Source of the DNA: a virus
Reading direction: 5' to 3' (one strand)
DNA length: 64,000 bases
IMG/VR virus record: IMGVR_UViG_3300035698_010970
Coordinates: 1-64,000 of that record
Below, piece after piece: positions 34,916 to 44,572 of the stretch. How positions within the stretch are numbered: position 1 is the stretch's first letter; the number at the start of each line of letters is the position of its first letter. The notes beneath the pieces are model-generated. The model ran no database searches and was not told the origin of the DNA. It worked only from the letters and a program-made list of their open reading frames with translations. A program made the translations under genes and the position numbers.

Positions 34916-37900
34916 TTAGTCTCCGTTTCCTACTAGAAGTAGAAGGCCCCTGGTACGGTACACGCCAACGCATGCCCGGTTGTCATTCTCCACATCGAGA
35001 AACTTGACGGTGTTGTCTGCATCGAGTTCTGCCCACCGAGTGATTACGACCAGGAGTAACTCGTCTTTTCGGAAAAGGGCAGAATCCTGCTTGGACCGTG
35101 CCAAGAGTGGGAAGAACACTTTGTGACGGTTGAGGCCACTGAGAGGCTGTGCAAAAGCTGACGGACGATACGTGGTCTCGTTGACCACGGGATACGCAAC
35201 CCGGAACTCCGTATCCTGGATCGGAGTCTGGTTCACGTTGACTCCACCCAAGGTGTAGTTCTTCGTTCCGTCGGCCGGGATGTTGGGATGCAAAGATAGT
35301 AATCCCGTATCAGCATCGAAGTCGTCGATCGAAATCTGGGCAGAAGATACGAAGTACCACTCGCCGGGAAATTCTTGGCCAGGTGCGGGAGGGTTCGTTG
35401 AGCTGCTCTGGTCGTTGACCGGGATTTGGTCAAGGGGTGCTGCGTATGGGTACGAGGAGTCCACGGTGCCCATACCTGCGGTGCCTGTCCATAGCTCCTG
35501 AGACATCACCAGAGGTTCCACGGCCAGCTCAGCGGGCAGAGGAGCCCCAGCACCCATGTAGGGGAAACTCGTCACTGTGGTAGACACTACGCCCTCTTTG
35601 GTGCCAGCTGTTTGAGGCGCGTTTGAGCGATAGTAGACGCCAATTTGGTATCCTGCTCCGGCAGGTCCTGCTTGTGGGATCGCATCTTGCGAGAAGTACC
35701 CGACTGCAATTTGGGTCTGCCCAGCTCCAGACAAAGGAAGAGCCGGGGCAAATCCGGAGTTTCGTAGCTGAACGAATCGACTAGAGCTTCCGTACTCTGT
35801 GTTGCCATCATCCACAACGCGCCCACCAGCATCGTTCTGATCTATCACGCTTATGGGCTGAACAAAAGACCCCCAAGACCGTCGAGGCAACACGAAGGAA
35901 AGGTTGTCTCGACTCACGAGTGTCTCAGGTGTGACAGACCCGATGGGTGCTCCGTTGTTGCCACCGCCCCCCGAGGGATCATTGGACACGTACTCAAGAG
36001 CCACTTCTCTAAAACCTGCACGGAAGGAAGGCTGAAGGGGGCTCTCCATATCGAGAGGCCGCTGAGCCAGCGAGCTATCGTTCTCGACGAACGGACCAAA
36101 AGGGTAAACGTCTGTTGAGGCATTGCTGACCTCAAGGTCGGGGGTGTTGGTGATCCCGTTGCCCGCAGGGTAGGTAATTTCTAGCTCGATGAAGATGCGA
36201 CGTTGAGAGCCCTGATCTCCAACAGCCAGGGACCCCACCATACCAGCCGTAGGGCCAGGAAGGCCCTGGTTGACTTGGGCGTTGTTCGTATCTAGCTCGA
36301 TGGAGACGTGCTCAGTGCCCAAGCCTTGGATCACAGACGCCTGCACGTCTTGCGAAACGGCAGACGTGAAGTTTCCATCATCGTGGAAAGCCGTCAGTAC
36401 GTTGGTGATCTGAGTTCCTGCCGGCATGAAGTCGAAGATGTTTCCCGTAGGAAGATTGGCATCGGACAACAGGTAGTTTCCAAGCGTCGAAGCGTTGAGG
36501 TTTGCCAGGTCGAGGTGCAACACATCTTGCTCGGCCCAACCGAAGAAGGCTCCCGCATACCCTGCACGCTCCACGTATTTGCCAGGGTTGGCAACCTGTG
36601 TGTCGTTGGGGCGGAACTCGAACACCACACGCTCTACGACAGACTGATCTGCGAATCGTCGAGCTACGTGGTCAAAGTTTCGAACGGTTTCCCCGTTCGT
36701 GGTGTTGCCCGACAACGGAGCAACACCGTCTAGTCCCGGAGGGTTGGTCTCTGTGCGTCCAATCTGGTCGCACACCAAGAACTGTGTCGAGACATCTCCT
36801 GTTCCGTTCCCCAGCACCTGCTTCGTTGAGGTATCAATGGCCCACGTACGGTAGTTGCCGTCAAGCAGAGACTTCATTTGATGCTGAAGCTCCGCAGCAA
36901 GATCTACCCCATTTAGCATCACGTGGCGTCGAAGATCAAGAAGATCCGTGTCGACGATAGCGTCGGCAAAAGCGCTGTCGGGGCGGTCCGACTCGCCCTG
37001 GTCCACGATCCCATAAAGGGCGCTATTCGAGAACGCGGCATGGTCATGAGGAAGGGCACCATTGGTGTTGTTGGCTGGGCTCCACCCGGCTCCGGCTCCC
37101 GCGTTGTAGGCATCGTTTCTACGGAAGGCAAATGCGATGGGAATGGCGTAGACAAAGCCATCAACTGAGCCCAACGCGTTGGCAGAAGCCAGCGTGCCAT
37201 CTCCAGCGATGAACAAACCGTTGTCTTGCTTCCCGTATCCGATGCCTACTCCTGCAATCTGGTCCCGAGCGTCTGAGTTGCCTACAACAGACGTTAGATC
37301 CGCAGGAACGAAGGGGAAGCTCGCAACGGGGCTTCCTTGTGATCCCTGAGCCAAGATTGACGGGTTGCTGAAGCCATCAGGTTGCGTGCGGAAGTTGACA
37401 CCCTCTGCTACACCTGTAGCACGAATACGGTACTGAACCTGCACCCGACGAGCAGACTCGGCAACAAGGTTCGGGTCTGCCAAGTCGTCGGGTAGGGCGA
37501 CTGCTGGGGAGGACTGCACATTGCCGTGACGGTAGACGAGATTTTGGCCCGGCTTGTTCGCAGTGTCGCTACCACCCGAAAGCGTTGCACCCGAGGGGAT
37601 GATGACCGCTGGAATGGAGGAAGCCAGTGTGATGGCGTTCCCGACTGCACCCGAAGCCAGAGCAATGACCGTAACGATAGGGCCATTCACTTGGGCTCGT
37701 GCCGTTGGAACAAAGGTCGTGATGGCCGAGGCTAGCTCGATGGCCGTCGCAGGAGCGGAGCCAGCGATCAGGAATTCGTTGGGTACAGGAACGCCCGCAG
37801 TTGCCGTAAGGACGACGCCGTCAACCGTGACGGTGTCTCCGGGGTTGATTGACAGAGGGCTTCCCACTTGGAACGTTCCCGTTGCTGTCGGACTTGCCTG

Positions 37901-38368
37901 AACTTGAGCAAGCCAAACTTCTAGGAAAACGAAGTCCGTACGCTTGAAGCTGGGCGGAGTGCCGTTGAACGTCGTAGGAGGATCTAGCTGGATGAGGTTG
38001 TCCCCTGCCGTATCAGTGTTCGTGAACTCGATGTCCACGACATAGCCCGCAACAAGGGCTTGACGCCTCCGCATGTGGAAGGTGTCGGCTATGAAGTCGG
38101 GGTTGAGTGCGGGGCCTGCGAGCCATGGAGCATCGTAAGAGAAGTCTCCGTACGAGTCTGCCCGAGTCTGCCCACGCAACCATCCCGAATGAGACTGATT
38201 GCAGAGCAGGAGATCCTTGATTGACTTGCGAAGATCTTGGTCAAGGTTCAGTTCGGAGTCTAGAACAGGTCTTCCACTCTGGTAAACCACAGACGCGTAT
38301 CCCGTTTCTCCAGGAGGGAGATAACGAGACACGGCTGAGCCAGGGAAGTATCTGTTTCTAATGGGCAT
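34916..38368 (-). CDS. Large virion structural protein (1150 aa), paralogue of 21917-27544
   Basis: VVYQSGRPVLDSELN, RTDFVFLEVW, RVQVQYR, VDGFVYAIP, FRRN, RPDSAFAD. Confidence 0.75.
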   Translation of the reverse strand: MPIRNRYFPGSAVSRYLPPGETGYASVVYQSGRPVLDSELNLDQDLRKSIKDLLLCNQSHSGWLRGQTRADSYGDFSYDAPWLAGPALNPDFIADTFHMRRRQALVAGYVVDIEFTNTDTAGDNLIQLDPPTTFNGTPPSFKRTDFVFLEVWLAQVQASPTATGTFQVGSPLSINPGDTVTVDGVVLTATAGVPVPNEFLIAGSAPATAIELASAITTFVPTARAQVNGPIVTVIALASGAVGNAITLASSIPAVIIPSGATLSGGSDTANKPGQNLVYRHGNVQSSPAVALPDDLADPNLVAESARRVQVQYRIRATGVAEGVNFRTQPDGFSNPSILAQGSQGSPVASFPFVPADLTSVVGNSDARDQIAGVGIGYGKQDNGLFIAGDGTLASANALGSVDGFVYAIPIAFAFRRNDAYNAGAGAGWSPANNTNGALPHDHAAFSNSALYGIVDQGESDRPDSAFADAIVDTDLLDLRRHVMLNGVDLAAELQHQMKSLLDGNYRTWAIDTSTKQVLGNGTGDVSTQFLVCDQIGRTETNPPGLDGVAPLSGNTTNGETVRNFDHVARRFADQSVVERVVFEFRPNDTQVANPGKYVERAGYAGAFFGWAEQDVLHLDLANLNASTLGNYLLSDANLPTGNIFDFMPAGTQITNVLTAFHDDGNFTSAVSQDVQASVIQGLGTEHVSIELDTNNAQVNQGLPGPTAGMVGSLAVGDQGSQRRIFIELEITYPAGNGITNTPDLEVSNASTDVYPFGPFVENDSSLAQRPLDMESPLQPSFRAGFREVALEYVSNDPSGGGGNNGAPIGSVTPETLVSRDNLSFVLPRRSWGSFVQPISVIDQNDAGGRVVDDGNTEYGSSSRFVQLRNSGFAPALPLSGAGQTQIAVGYFSQDAIPQAGPAGAGYQIGVYYRSNAPQTAGTKEGVVSTTVTSFPYMGAGAPLPAELAVEPLVMSQELWTGTAGMGTVDSSYPYAAPLDQIPVNDQSSSTNPPAPGQEFPGEWYFVSSAQISIDDFDADTGLLSLHPNIPADGTKNYTLGGVNVNQTPIQDTEFRVAYPVVNETTYRPSAFAQPLSGLNRHKVFFPLLARSKQDSALFRKDELLLVVITRWAELDADNTVKFLDVENDNRACVGVYRTRGLLLLVGNGD

Positions 38369-38444
38369 CTAGGACGCTTTCTTCTCTTCTCTTTTGCGGG
38401 AGGACGGGTTTGTCAGTCTCGCATGAGGGACAAGTTAACATAAG

Positions 38445-39092
38445 TCAAAATGAAATTCGCCAAGTTATGCTCAAAATTGCAGTCGCTGGCTTTACAACGG
38501 CTCCAAAGGTGAGGTGATTAACCTCGGAATCGTACTGTGAAACATCGATGGTCGGATCATAGGGTTGACCCCCTTGTCCGGATGTGTTCGGATTAGGGTT
38601 GGTGATGGCGGCGTTCGCAGAGAGAGTGGAAAGAAGCGCCATCTCGTTGAGGGGTCCAACAGCTTCGCTCTCGTTGAAGACCGTGGTGAAGTCCACCACG
38701 TTCGTAGCGATCGAAGAGGCCGCGCCTTGAGCATCACGGAACGTGGTGTTCTCAAAAGCCTTGCGAGCAATCTCTTGGTTGAGAGATCTCTGCTGATTCG
38801 AGGGCGTGTCAGGGTTGAGAACGGCACCCAAAGCCCCCGTCCCCACGGCAAGCATGTTGATCCCGTGCGCGGGTTCCGCATTATCCTTGCAGAGACGAGC
38901 AACAAGGATCCCAGCATCAAGCGTGATGATGTTGTCCTTCTGCCACTCCACGAGGCTTTCTCCAGAACGAGCGTCCCGCATATCGAAAAAAACGGTTCCG
39001 TGAAGTTGGACTCCCGTTTCCCGATATCCGGTATGCAACCCCAGAGCAACGGCTGTGTTGGCTCTCTTCATGTGTTCTCGTCCGCGCATCAA
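38445..39092 (-). CDS. Tail-collar-fibre-like baseplate protein
   Basis: NIIT...LAVGTG...L.QEIARK...TTVF...EA.GPL.EMAL...LSITWRISF pattern typical of these small baseplate/tail proteins. Confidence 0.65.
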   Translation of the reverse strand: MMRGREHMKRANTAVALGLHTGYRETGVQLHGTVFFDMRDARSGESLVEWQKDNIITLDAGILVARLCKDNAEPAHGINMLAVGTGALGAVLNPDTPSNQQRSLNQEIARKAFENTTFRDAQGAASSIATNVVDFTTVFNESEAVGPLNEMALLSTLSANAAITNPNPNTSGQGGQPYDPTIDVSQYDSEVNHLTFGAVVKPATAILSITWRISF

Positions 39093-39117
39093 GCTCTCCG
39101 CTGCTGTTTGAGGAATA

Positions 39118-39141
39118 CCATAGGCCAGATACCGCCTATGG
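39118..39141 (-). promoter_or_regulatory. Putative late-promoter motif inside an 8-bp hairpin
   Basis: Minus strand CGGT-atct-GGCCTATGG; CCATAGGC/GCCTATGG inverted repeat. Confidence 0.45.
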
Positions 39142-42100
39142 AAAGCTTATTCCGGCTGTGAAAAATAGGGTCGTGGAAACCAAAGTTCCTGTGTCGTACA
39201 TGACCCCAACGACGCCCCATCCAACAATACCGGGAGTCCCAGGTACAGGCGGGGATGTGACGCTCGAAGCGGTAAACGGAGGATAAAGGAGCGCTTCGGA
39301 GAGGTCCCCACCCAGAGGAGCTGTGCCGCCACTGGCCATGAGGAATCCTCCGGAGAGCGCTGCTCCAGATCCAGCTCCCGCGGCTCCAGGAGAGCCTGGA
39401 GTGCCGTCTGAGAGGAAAAAGCCACCTGTTTCTGTGAACGCTAGGCCACTGAAGCTGAGGTCTCGAAGACCTGCAAGCTTGCTCTGATCATCGCAGAACG
39501 AGGAGAGCTGCCCCGACAGACCTCCGTTGTCGACCTCCAAGAATTTCAGGTCTTCGTAAAAGGCATCAGAAGGGACATTCGCAAATTGTACCGTGCGATA
39601 CGGGCTGTTGTCGATCGTGTCGGGATCACCGGAGATATCTGTAGGATCTTCGACAACCGTACCAAAGATTGCTTCTGCAAGGGTCTCGCAGATCCTGCTC
39701 TTGGGGACAGGAGGCGTTCCTTCGTTGAGAAGCGTGACGCCACTGAGGAGGGGCTGCGTGTTTAGGTACGTACAGGTGACGGGTTTGCCCGGCGCAAACG
39801 TAACCGTGACAGGGATGTTGATCAGGTTTTGTTCAAGCTCGATCTGCTCGAAGTCACCTTCGTCTGAAGGGTCTCCCCCAATAGCGCTGAACAGGACGCC
39901 ATTATCCAAGTCGTCTATTAGGACGGGGGGCCAAAGGAAGACACCATCATTGAGGGTAACGGTTTGGGACGTTAAATCCAGCGTGAAGCTATCGGGGAAG
40001 AGTGTTGCGGTGGATCCGTCGAAATTCGTGTATGTCAGCGAGAAGACACGGTCTGCCGTGATCCCTCCGGCCTTGAGAGAAATGGTCTGGTTGTCGAGGG
40101 AGGTAACAACCAGTGTCTCAAACGTTGTGTCTTTGGTCAGCTCACCGCTGTTGATCACATTCCACTGGTTTAGCACCATGTGGTGGGGAGCAATGAGGGT
40201 CTCGTCAGGGTATTGGTATATCCGATACCGAACATCTTCCCACCTTTGCTGCGTAACTGAGGCAGGATCAAGGGCGCCAAACGCTACGAACCCGATAGGA
40301 GAGCTGTCTCCAAGTCGTGGAAGGTCTTGGTACTCCACGTTGATCCAGCCAGCACTTGGCTCAGTGATCTGCGTCGCAAAATTGCCCGAGAAGAAGGGAG
40401 GAGGAGGCAAATCCGGACGGATAATCGTCACGCCCCAAGTCGGATCGCGATGGATACGGACCTGAATATCCGCTGTCCAGTCCATGGGCTCGATAGCGGC
40501 ACCCAAATCAGAGTTGGAGAACATCAGAGCATCCGTACGTGGAAGCTCCCAGTTGTCGATATTCGACAAGTCTCCGCCCAACCAAACGCCCAAAGTTCGA
40601 AACACGTTAGAGGCAGGGAGCGTTGAGACGGAGAAGGACCCCAGAGCAACACTCGCCTCCGTCGAGCTACCCGTGAGCCCGAAGAGGACCTGGTCATCCG
40701 TAGGCGTAACCGTGAAGTTTGCACCGTATGCGACGACCCCCAAAACTAGGTCATCAATGACCACCGTCACGGAATCTGTTGACGGATCGATGAGGGCACG
40801 GTAGGTGTGCTCGCTACCGTCAGCAAAATCAAAGCTGAACGCGGAAACCTCCACTCCGCTATCGATATCGAAGAGCACGACCTGTGCTGGGAGAATCCCG
40901 ACAGGTATGTGTAGTTTGATGCCTACTCCTCGTGCTGATCCCGGGGGTCCGGCATCCGTTCCCCACAGAATGCCCGTGTCTCCCGTCAAGTCCGAAGTTA
41001 TCGCCGAGTCTACGCGAATACGAGCTTCGAGTATTCTTCCGCCTGAAGGTAGAAGCTCGGCGAAGTAGTCAGAGAAATTGGCGGTGTAAGAGAGGGATTC
41101 TCCAGCAACCTGCCCGAACTGGATGACTTTCCCTTGAACCCGCTCAACCGTCAAAGAACCGCTCTTGACCCACCCCTGAGAAGTTGGATCGCCCGGAAGG
41201 AGAAGACCGGAAAGCGATATAGAGGGGAGATCCGTGACCAGGCGACGCTCTGTAGCCGTTTCTTCGTACAAGACGGTCGAGAGGCGAACTTCTCGCTCTC
41301 CATCTCGGACAATGATCTGAGCATCTCCCGATCCCTGTGTGCCAGACTCCACTCGGAAAATGGCATCCAGATCCAGACTCTCCGTCTTATCTAAGAACGC
41401 CTCAAGTCGAGCATAACCAAAGGAGAGATCGAGCCCCTCTACTCCAGGCATGTTGTTCGACGCAACGCTCTTGAGAAGGAGAGCATCTCCTGACGAATCG
41501 ATTTCGGAATATCCGAACCCTTGAGTCACGAACCAGACGTTATTCAGGTGCTCCTCGGGAAGCTCCGTCATGTCTGCTTCCGCAACAATGCCTTTAAACT
41601 TGAACGTGGACAAGTCCGGCTCTAGGCTGTACTGGACAAAGCTCCAAAGGCTGTTGCTAGCAGCTTGGCGGTCGAGATGGCCAAAGAACACTTGACCTCT
41701 ATCGGAAGTCGGGAAGGTTAGGACAGAGTTCGCAGGAATAGCGAACTTCGGTGCTCCATCCAAGGTCAAAGATAGACCTGTGAGGCTTCCTCCCAAGAAG
41801 AGTTGAGCAAAGCCAAGAGGGGAACGCTTCCGGTCATTGCGGATCGCAAGACGATACGTAAAAGGTTGCGTTCCCTCTACCCCTCCATCCCATTTGACCT
41901 CGAAGTAGGCTGGGAAGAATGTATTCCCAAAGACGGAAGGGTCTTCAGGGAAGGTGTTGTCGGAAGTTAGCGTAACCGTCGACACGCCATCAGAACCGTC
42001 CAAGATGTTTTGGATCGTGTATACGCCGGCTTGCGTGCCTTCTAAAATTTGAAATCGCTGGTCAAGGGGCCCAGTCTCTGCGCACTTCCGACGGACAAAG

Positions 42101-44565
42101 TCTGGAATAGCAGAGGTAGCAACCGTGAGGGTTGTCGCATCCACGACCGTGATAGAAGCGCCTCCGGCAAGCTGCCAGGAATCGATAAGATCTGGTCGAT
42201 CGGGTTCGACCAACATGCCAATGTGTTGCACGTCGTTGCACAACAAGGCTCCTACGAGGTAAAGGTGGTCGTCGTTGTGGGCTCCGAACCCTACGCCCGA
42301 AAATACTCCGTCGTACGTGACAGAGACGGCATTCACATAGAATCGCGAAGCTACGACAATCGAAGAGGGAGTCGAGACATCGATTTCCCGACTCCAAACA
42401 GCCGGGATACCCGTGCCAAACGGGCCAGGAGTTTGGGCTACGACCGGGTAGACGCCTGACTCAAACGTGAACTCCGGAGATCCGATAGGTTCCAAGTCCT
42501 CGCTATTCGTTGTCTCGTCAACCCCAAACAGGTTCCACGGGGGGTTGGCCTCGAAGGGGGCAAGTGTTCCATCGAAATTGACCGTCTCACCTTCAGGGGT
42601 GATCTCCGCGGATGGGAGCGCAATCTCGTGGTTGCTGCGGTTGAGCAGCAGCGTTGTTGGGCTGTTGATAGCAGCCGTATAGGACTTCTCAAAACCTAGG
42701 TATCGGTGACTGATGTGTAGCGGCTTACGAGGCTTCTTTGGTCCAAGAACAACGGCAAAGGGGTAGCGCTGGTCGGCTTGCGATCCTCCGCCGGGGAGGC
42801 CCACTCCCGAAGAGAACACGACATTTCCTCCGGTCTGGATATCATACTTGTTGAGTACGAGTCCCAAGGAGTTGAGACCCACCATCTCCATGATGGGAGA
42901 AGGGAACCAAACGTAGTCAACCTCCACCTCCATAGCCCCTAGAGGCATGAGCGGGATCGGGATGACTGTCCTCACCAGTCCGAGATAAGGGTTGACTGCG
43001 AGGACTTCGACCTCGACGCCGTTGACTCGAACGGTAACGTCCTGAGCTGAAGCGGGAGAGCCATCTCCCCAACCTTTGACGAGAGGGCCGCAGTCAGTCT
43101 TGAAAGTGTTCTGAGCCAGGGCACCGCTGCCTGTGAACGGGCTTTCTTGTCCATGCAGGAAGTTCCACGCTGCCGAGAAGACCGTTTGAGACGATGTGTA
43201 CCTCAGGTCCGTGATCTGGAAGTTAGCAACTTCGTACGATCCAGAAGGGTCCAGTACGAACTCAGCCCCAGCAGCAATCGTAGGGATACCCGTGAAGAAG
43301 TCTATAGTGTTAGAGACGACGGGGCAGTCGTCTATGACGACCGTCATGGTGTTGGCTTGCTGATTCCTTACCAAGCCAAACGTAGTAGGTTGCGTGCTCC
43401 AACTCTGGGGGACGTTGACGATGTAGGGGCCCGACGAGACCTGAATGAAGTCGTTGCCACCAATCCTCTGAAGAGAGATGAGGGTCTGAACTCCGCCGTC
43501 TGAAACCGTGAACGTTGCGACCGTGCCGTCAAACAGTGCTGGGCTGAACGCCGCAGTCGTGGCGTCAATACCAACCTCAACTCGGAAAGATGACCCAGGG
43601 AGAACCTTCCCGCTTGTGTCTTGGAAACCCCAACCGTAGCTTACTCCGGCTTGTTTTTGGAGGATCAGGTTCGAGTTGATGATGTTTGAGGATCCCGTCC
43701 CTACTTCCGTTCCAAGGAAGGAACTCGCAGCACTAGGAAGCGTGGAACCGTCATAGACGACAGCATCAGCAGGACTGATACTCATCGTATACTGTGTTTC
43801 CGTCATCCCTTGGACGCCAAGCTCAACTTGCGAGAAGTCTCCGGCAACAGGATGGGCCACGCCTAAGACCGTGATAGGAACGGGGAACGTTGTCAGGAAC
43901 GCGTAAGCCGTCGGGTCTTCGATGCCCGGAGAGAAGGCCACCTCCGGAAGCATGTCCTGCTCAAAGTCGACGAGAATAGTATCGCCATCAACGGGCGTAA
44001 CCGTGTAAAGAGGCGGCTCCCCTTTGCTCAGGATGTTACGAGCAACATTATCGGGAGGCATCATCGGGGCGCCCGAGCTTGTGTAGACGTTGCTGACCGT
44101 GACGTCGTACAAGCCTCCAAGCGTTGTTCCCGTGTGGTGGATCAACGCTGAAGTGGCTCCTGCAGATCCGGTCATTCCTACTTCGATCGAGGTGGGAGTC
44201 GAAGGAGCCGCACCGAAGATGTCTGTCAGGGCATAGTTTGTTGGATCAAAGAAGTCTGCATCCGTGAGCATCTCAACCGAGAAGAAAACCTCGATGGTGT
44301 AGCCCGTGATCGAAACAGCACTGGTGACTGCACCAAAGACTTGTCCAAGGCAGCCGTAACTACTTAGCCCGTAGGGCTTTCCACCGTAGCCTCCAGAGAC
44401 ATAGGAAGGCACTGGAGGAGGGTTTACAGAACCGTAGGGGCCATGACCATAAGGTTCTCCCCCATACCCCGAGCCAGGCCCGTGAGGTTGCGGTACAAGA
44501 ACCCCACCTACGGAGCCGTATGGACCCCATCCGTAGGGATCCTGTCCGTTTCCTTGCAGGGGCAT
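39136..44565 (-). CDS. Large virion structural protein (1809 aa) with N-terminal GYGxxPYG repeats
   Basis: PYGWGPYG, GYGGEPYGHGPYG, GYGGKPYG repeats followed by beta-rich domains. Confidence 0.75.
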   Translation of the reverse strand: MPLQGNGQDPYGWGPYGSVGGVLVPQPHGPGSGYGGEPYGHGPYGSVNPPPVPSYVSGGYGGKPYGLSSYGCLGQVFGAVTSAVSITGYTIEVFFSVEMLTDADFFDPTNYALTDIFGAAPSTPTSIEVGMTGSAGATSALIHHTGTTLGGLYDVTVSNVYTSSGAPMMPPDNVARNILSKGEPPLYTVTPVDGDTILVDFEQDMLPEVAFSPGIEDPTAYAFLTTFPVPITVLGVAHPVAGDFSQVELGVQGMTETQYTMSISPADAVVYDGSTLPSAASSFLGTEVGTGSSNIINSNLILQKQAGVSYGWGFQDTSGKVLPGSSFRVEVGIDATTAAFSPALFDGTVATFTVSDGGVQTLISLQRIGGNDFIQVSSGPYIVNVPQSWSTQPTTFGLVRNQQANTMTVVIDDCPVVSNTIDFFTGIPTIAAGAEFVLDPSGSYEVANFQITDLRYTSSQTVFSAAWNFLHGQESPFTGSGALAQNTFKTDCGPLVKGWGDGSPASAQDVTVRVNGVEVEVLAVNPYLGLVRTVIPIPLMPLGAMEVEVDYVWFPSPIMEMVGLNSLGLVLNKYDIQTGGNVVFSSGVGLPGGGSQADQRYPFAVVLGPKKPRKPLHISHRYLGFEKSYTAAINSPTTLLLNRSNHEIALPSAEITPEGETVNFDGTLAPFEANPPWNLFGVDETTNSEDLEPIGSPEFTFESGVYPVVAQTPGPFGTGIPAVWSREIDVSTPSSIVVASRFYVNAVSVTYDGVFSGVGFGAHNDDHLYLVGALLCNDVQHIGMLVEPDRPDLIDSWQLAGGASITVVDATTLTVATSAIPDFVRRKCAETGPLDQRFQILEGTQAGVYTIQNILDGSDGVSTVTLTSDNTFPEDPSVFGNTFFPAYFEVKWDGGVEGTQPFTYRLAIRNDRKRSPLGFAQLFLGGSLTGLSLTLDGAPKFAIPANSVLTFPTSDRGQVFFGHLDRQAASNSLWSFVQYSLEPDLSTFKFKGIVAEADMTELPEEHLNNVWFVTQGFGYSEIDSSGDALLLKSVASNNMPGVEGLDLSFGYARLEAFLDKTESLDLDAIFRVESGTQGSGDAQIIVRDGEREVRLSTVLYEETATERRLVTDLPSISLSGLLLPGDPTSQGWVKSGSLTVERVQGKVIQFGQVAGESLSYTANFSDYFAELLPSGGRILEARIRVDSAITSDLTGDTGILWGTDAGPPGSARGVGIKLHIPVGILPAQVVLFDIDSGVEVSAFSFDFADGSEHTYRALIDPSTDSVTVVIDDLVLGVVAYGANFTVTPTDDQVLFGLTGSSTEASVALGSFSVSTLPASNVFRTLGVWLGGDLSNIDNWELPRTDALMFSNSDLGAAIEPMDWTADIQVRIHRDPTWGVTIIRPDLPPPPFFSGNFATQITEPSAGWINVEYQDLPRLGDSSPIGFVAFGALDPASVTQQRWEDVRYRIYQYPDETLIAPHHMVLNQWNVINSGELTKDTTFETLVVTSLDNQTISLKAGGITADRVFSLTYTNFDGSTATLFPDSFTLDLTSQTVTLNDGVFLWPPVLIDDLDNGVLFSAIGGDPSDEGDFEQIELEQNLINIPVTVTFAPGKPVTCTYLNTQPLLSGVTLLNEGTPPVPKSRICETLAEAIFGTVVEDPTDISGDPDTIDNSPYRTVQFANVPSDAFYEDLKFLEVDNGGLSGQLSSFCDDQSKLAGLRDLSFSGLAFTETGGFFLSDGTPGSPGAAGAGSGAALSGGFLMASGGTAPLGGDLSEALLYPPFTASSVTSPPVPGTPGIVGWGVVGVMYDTGTLVSTTLFFTAGISFP

Positions 44566-44572
44566 TCGTTCC

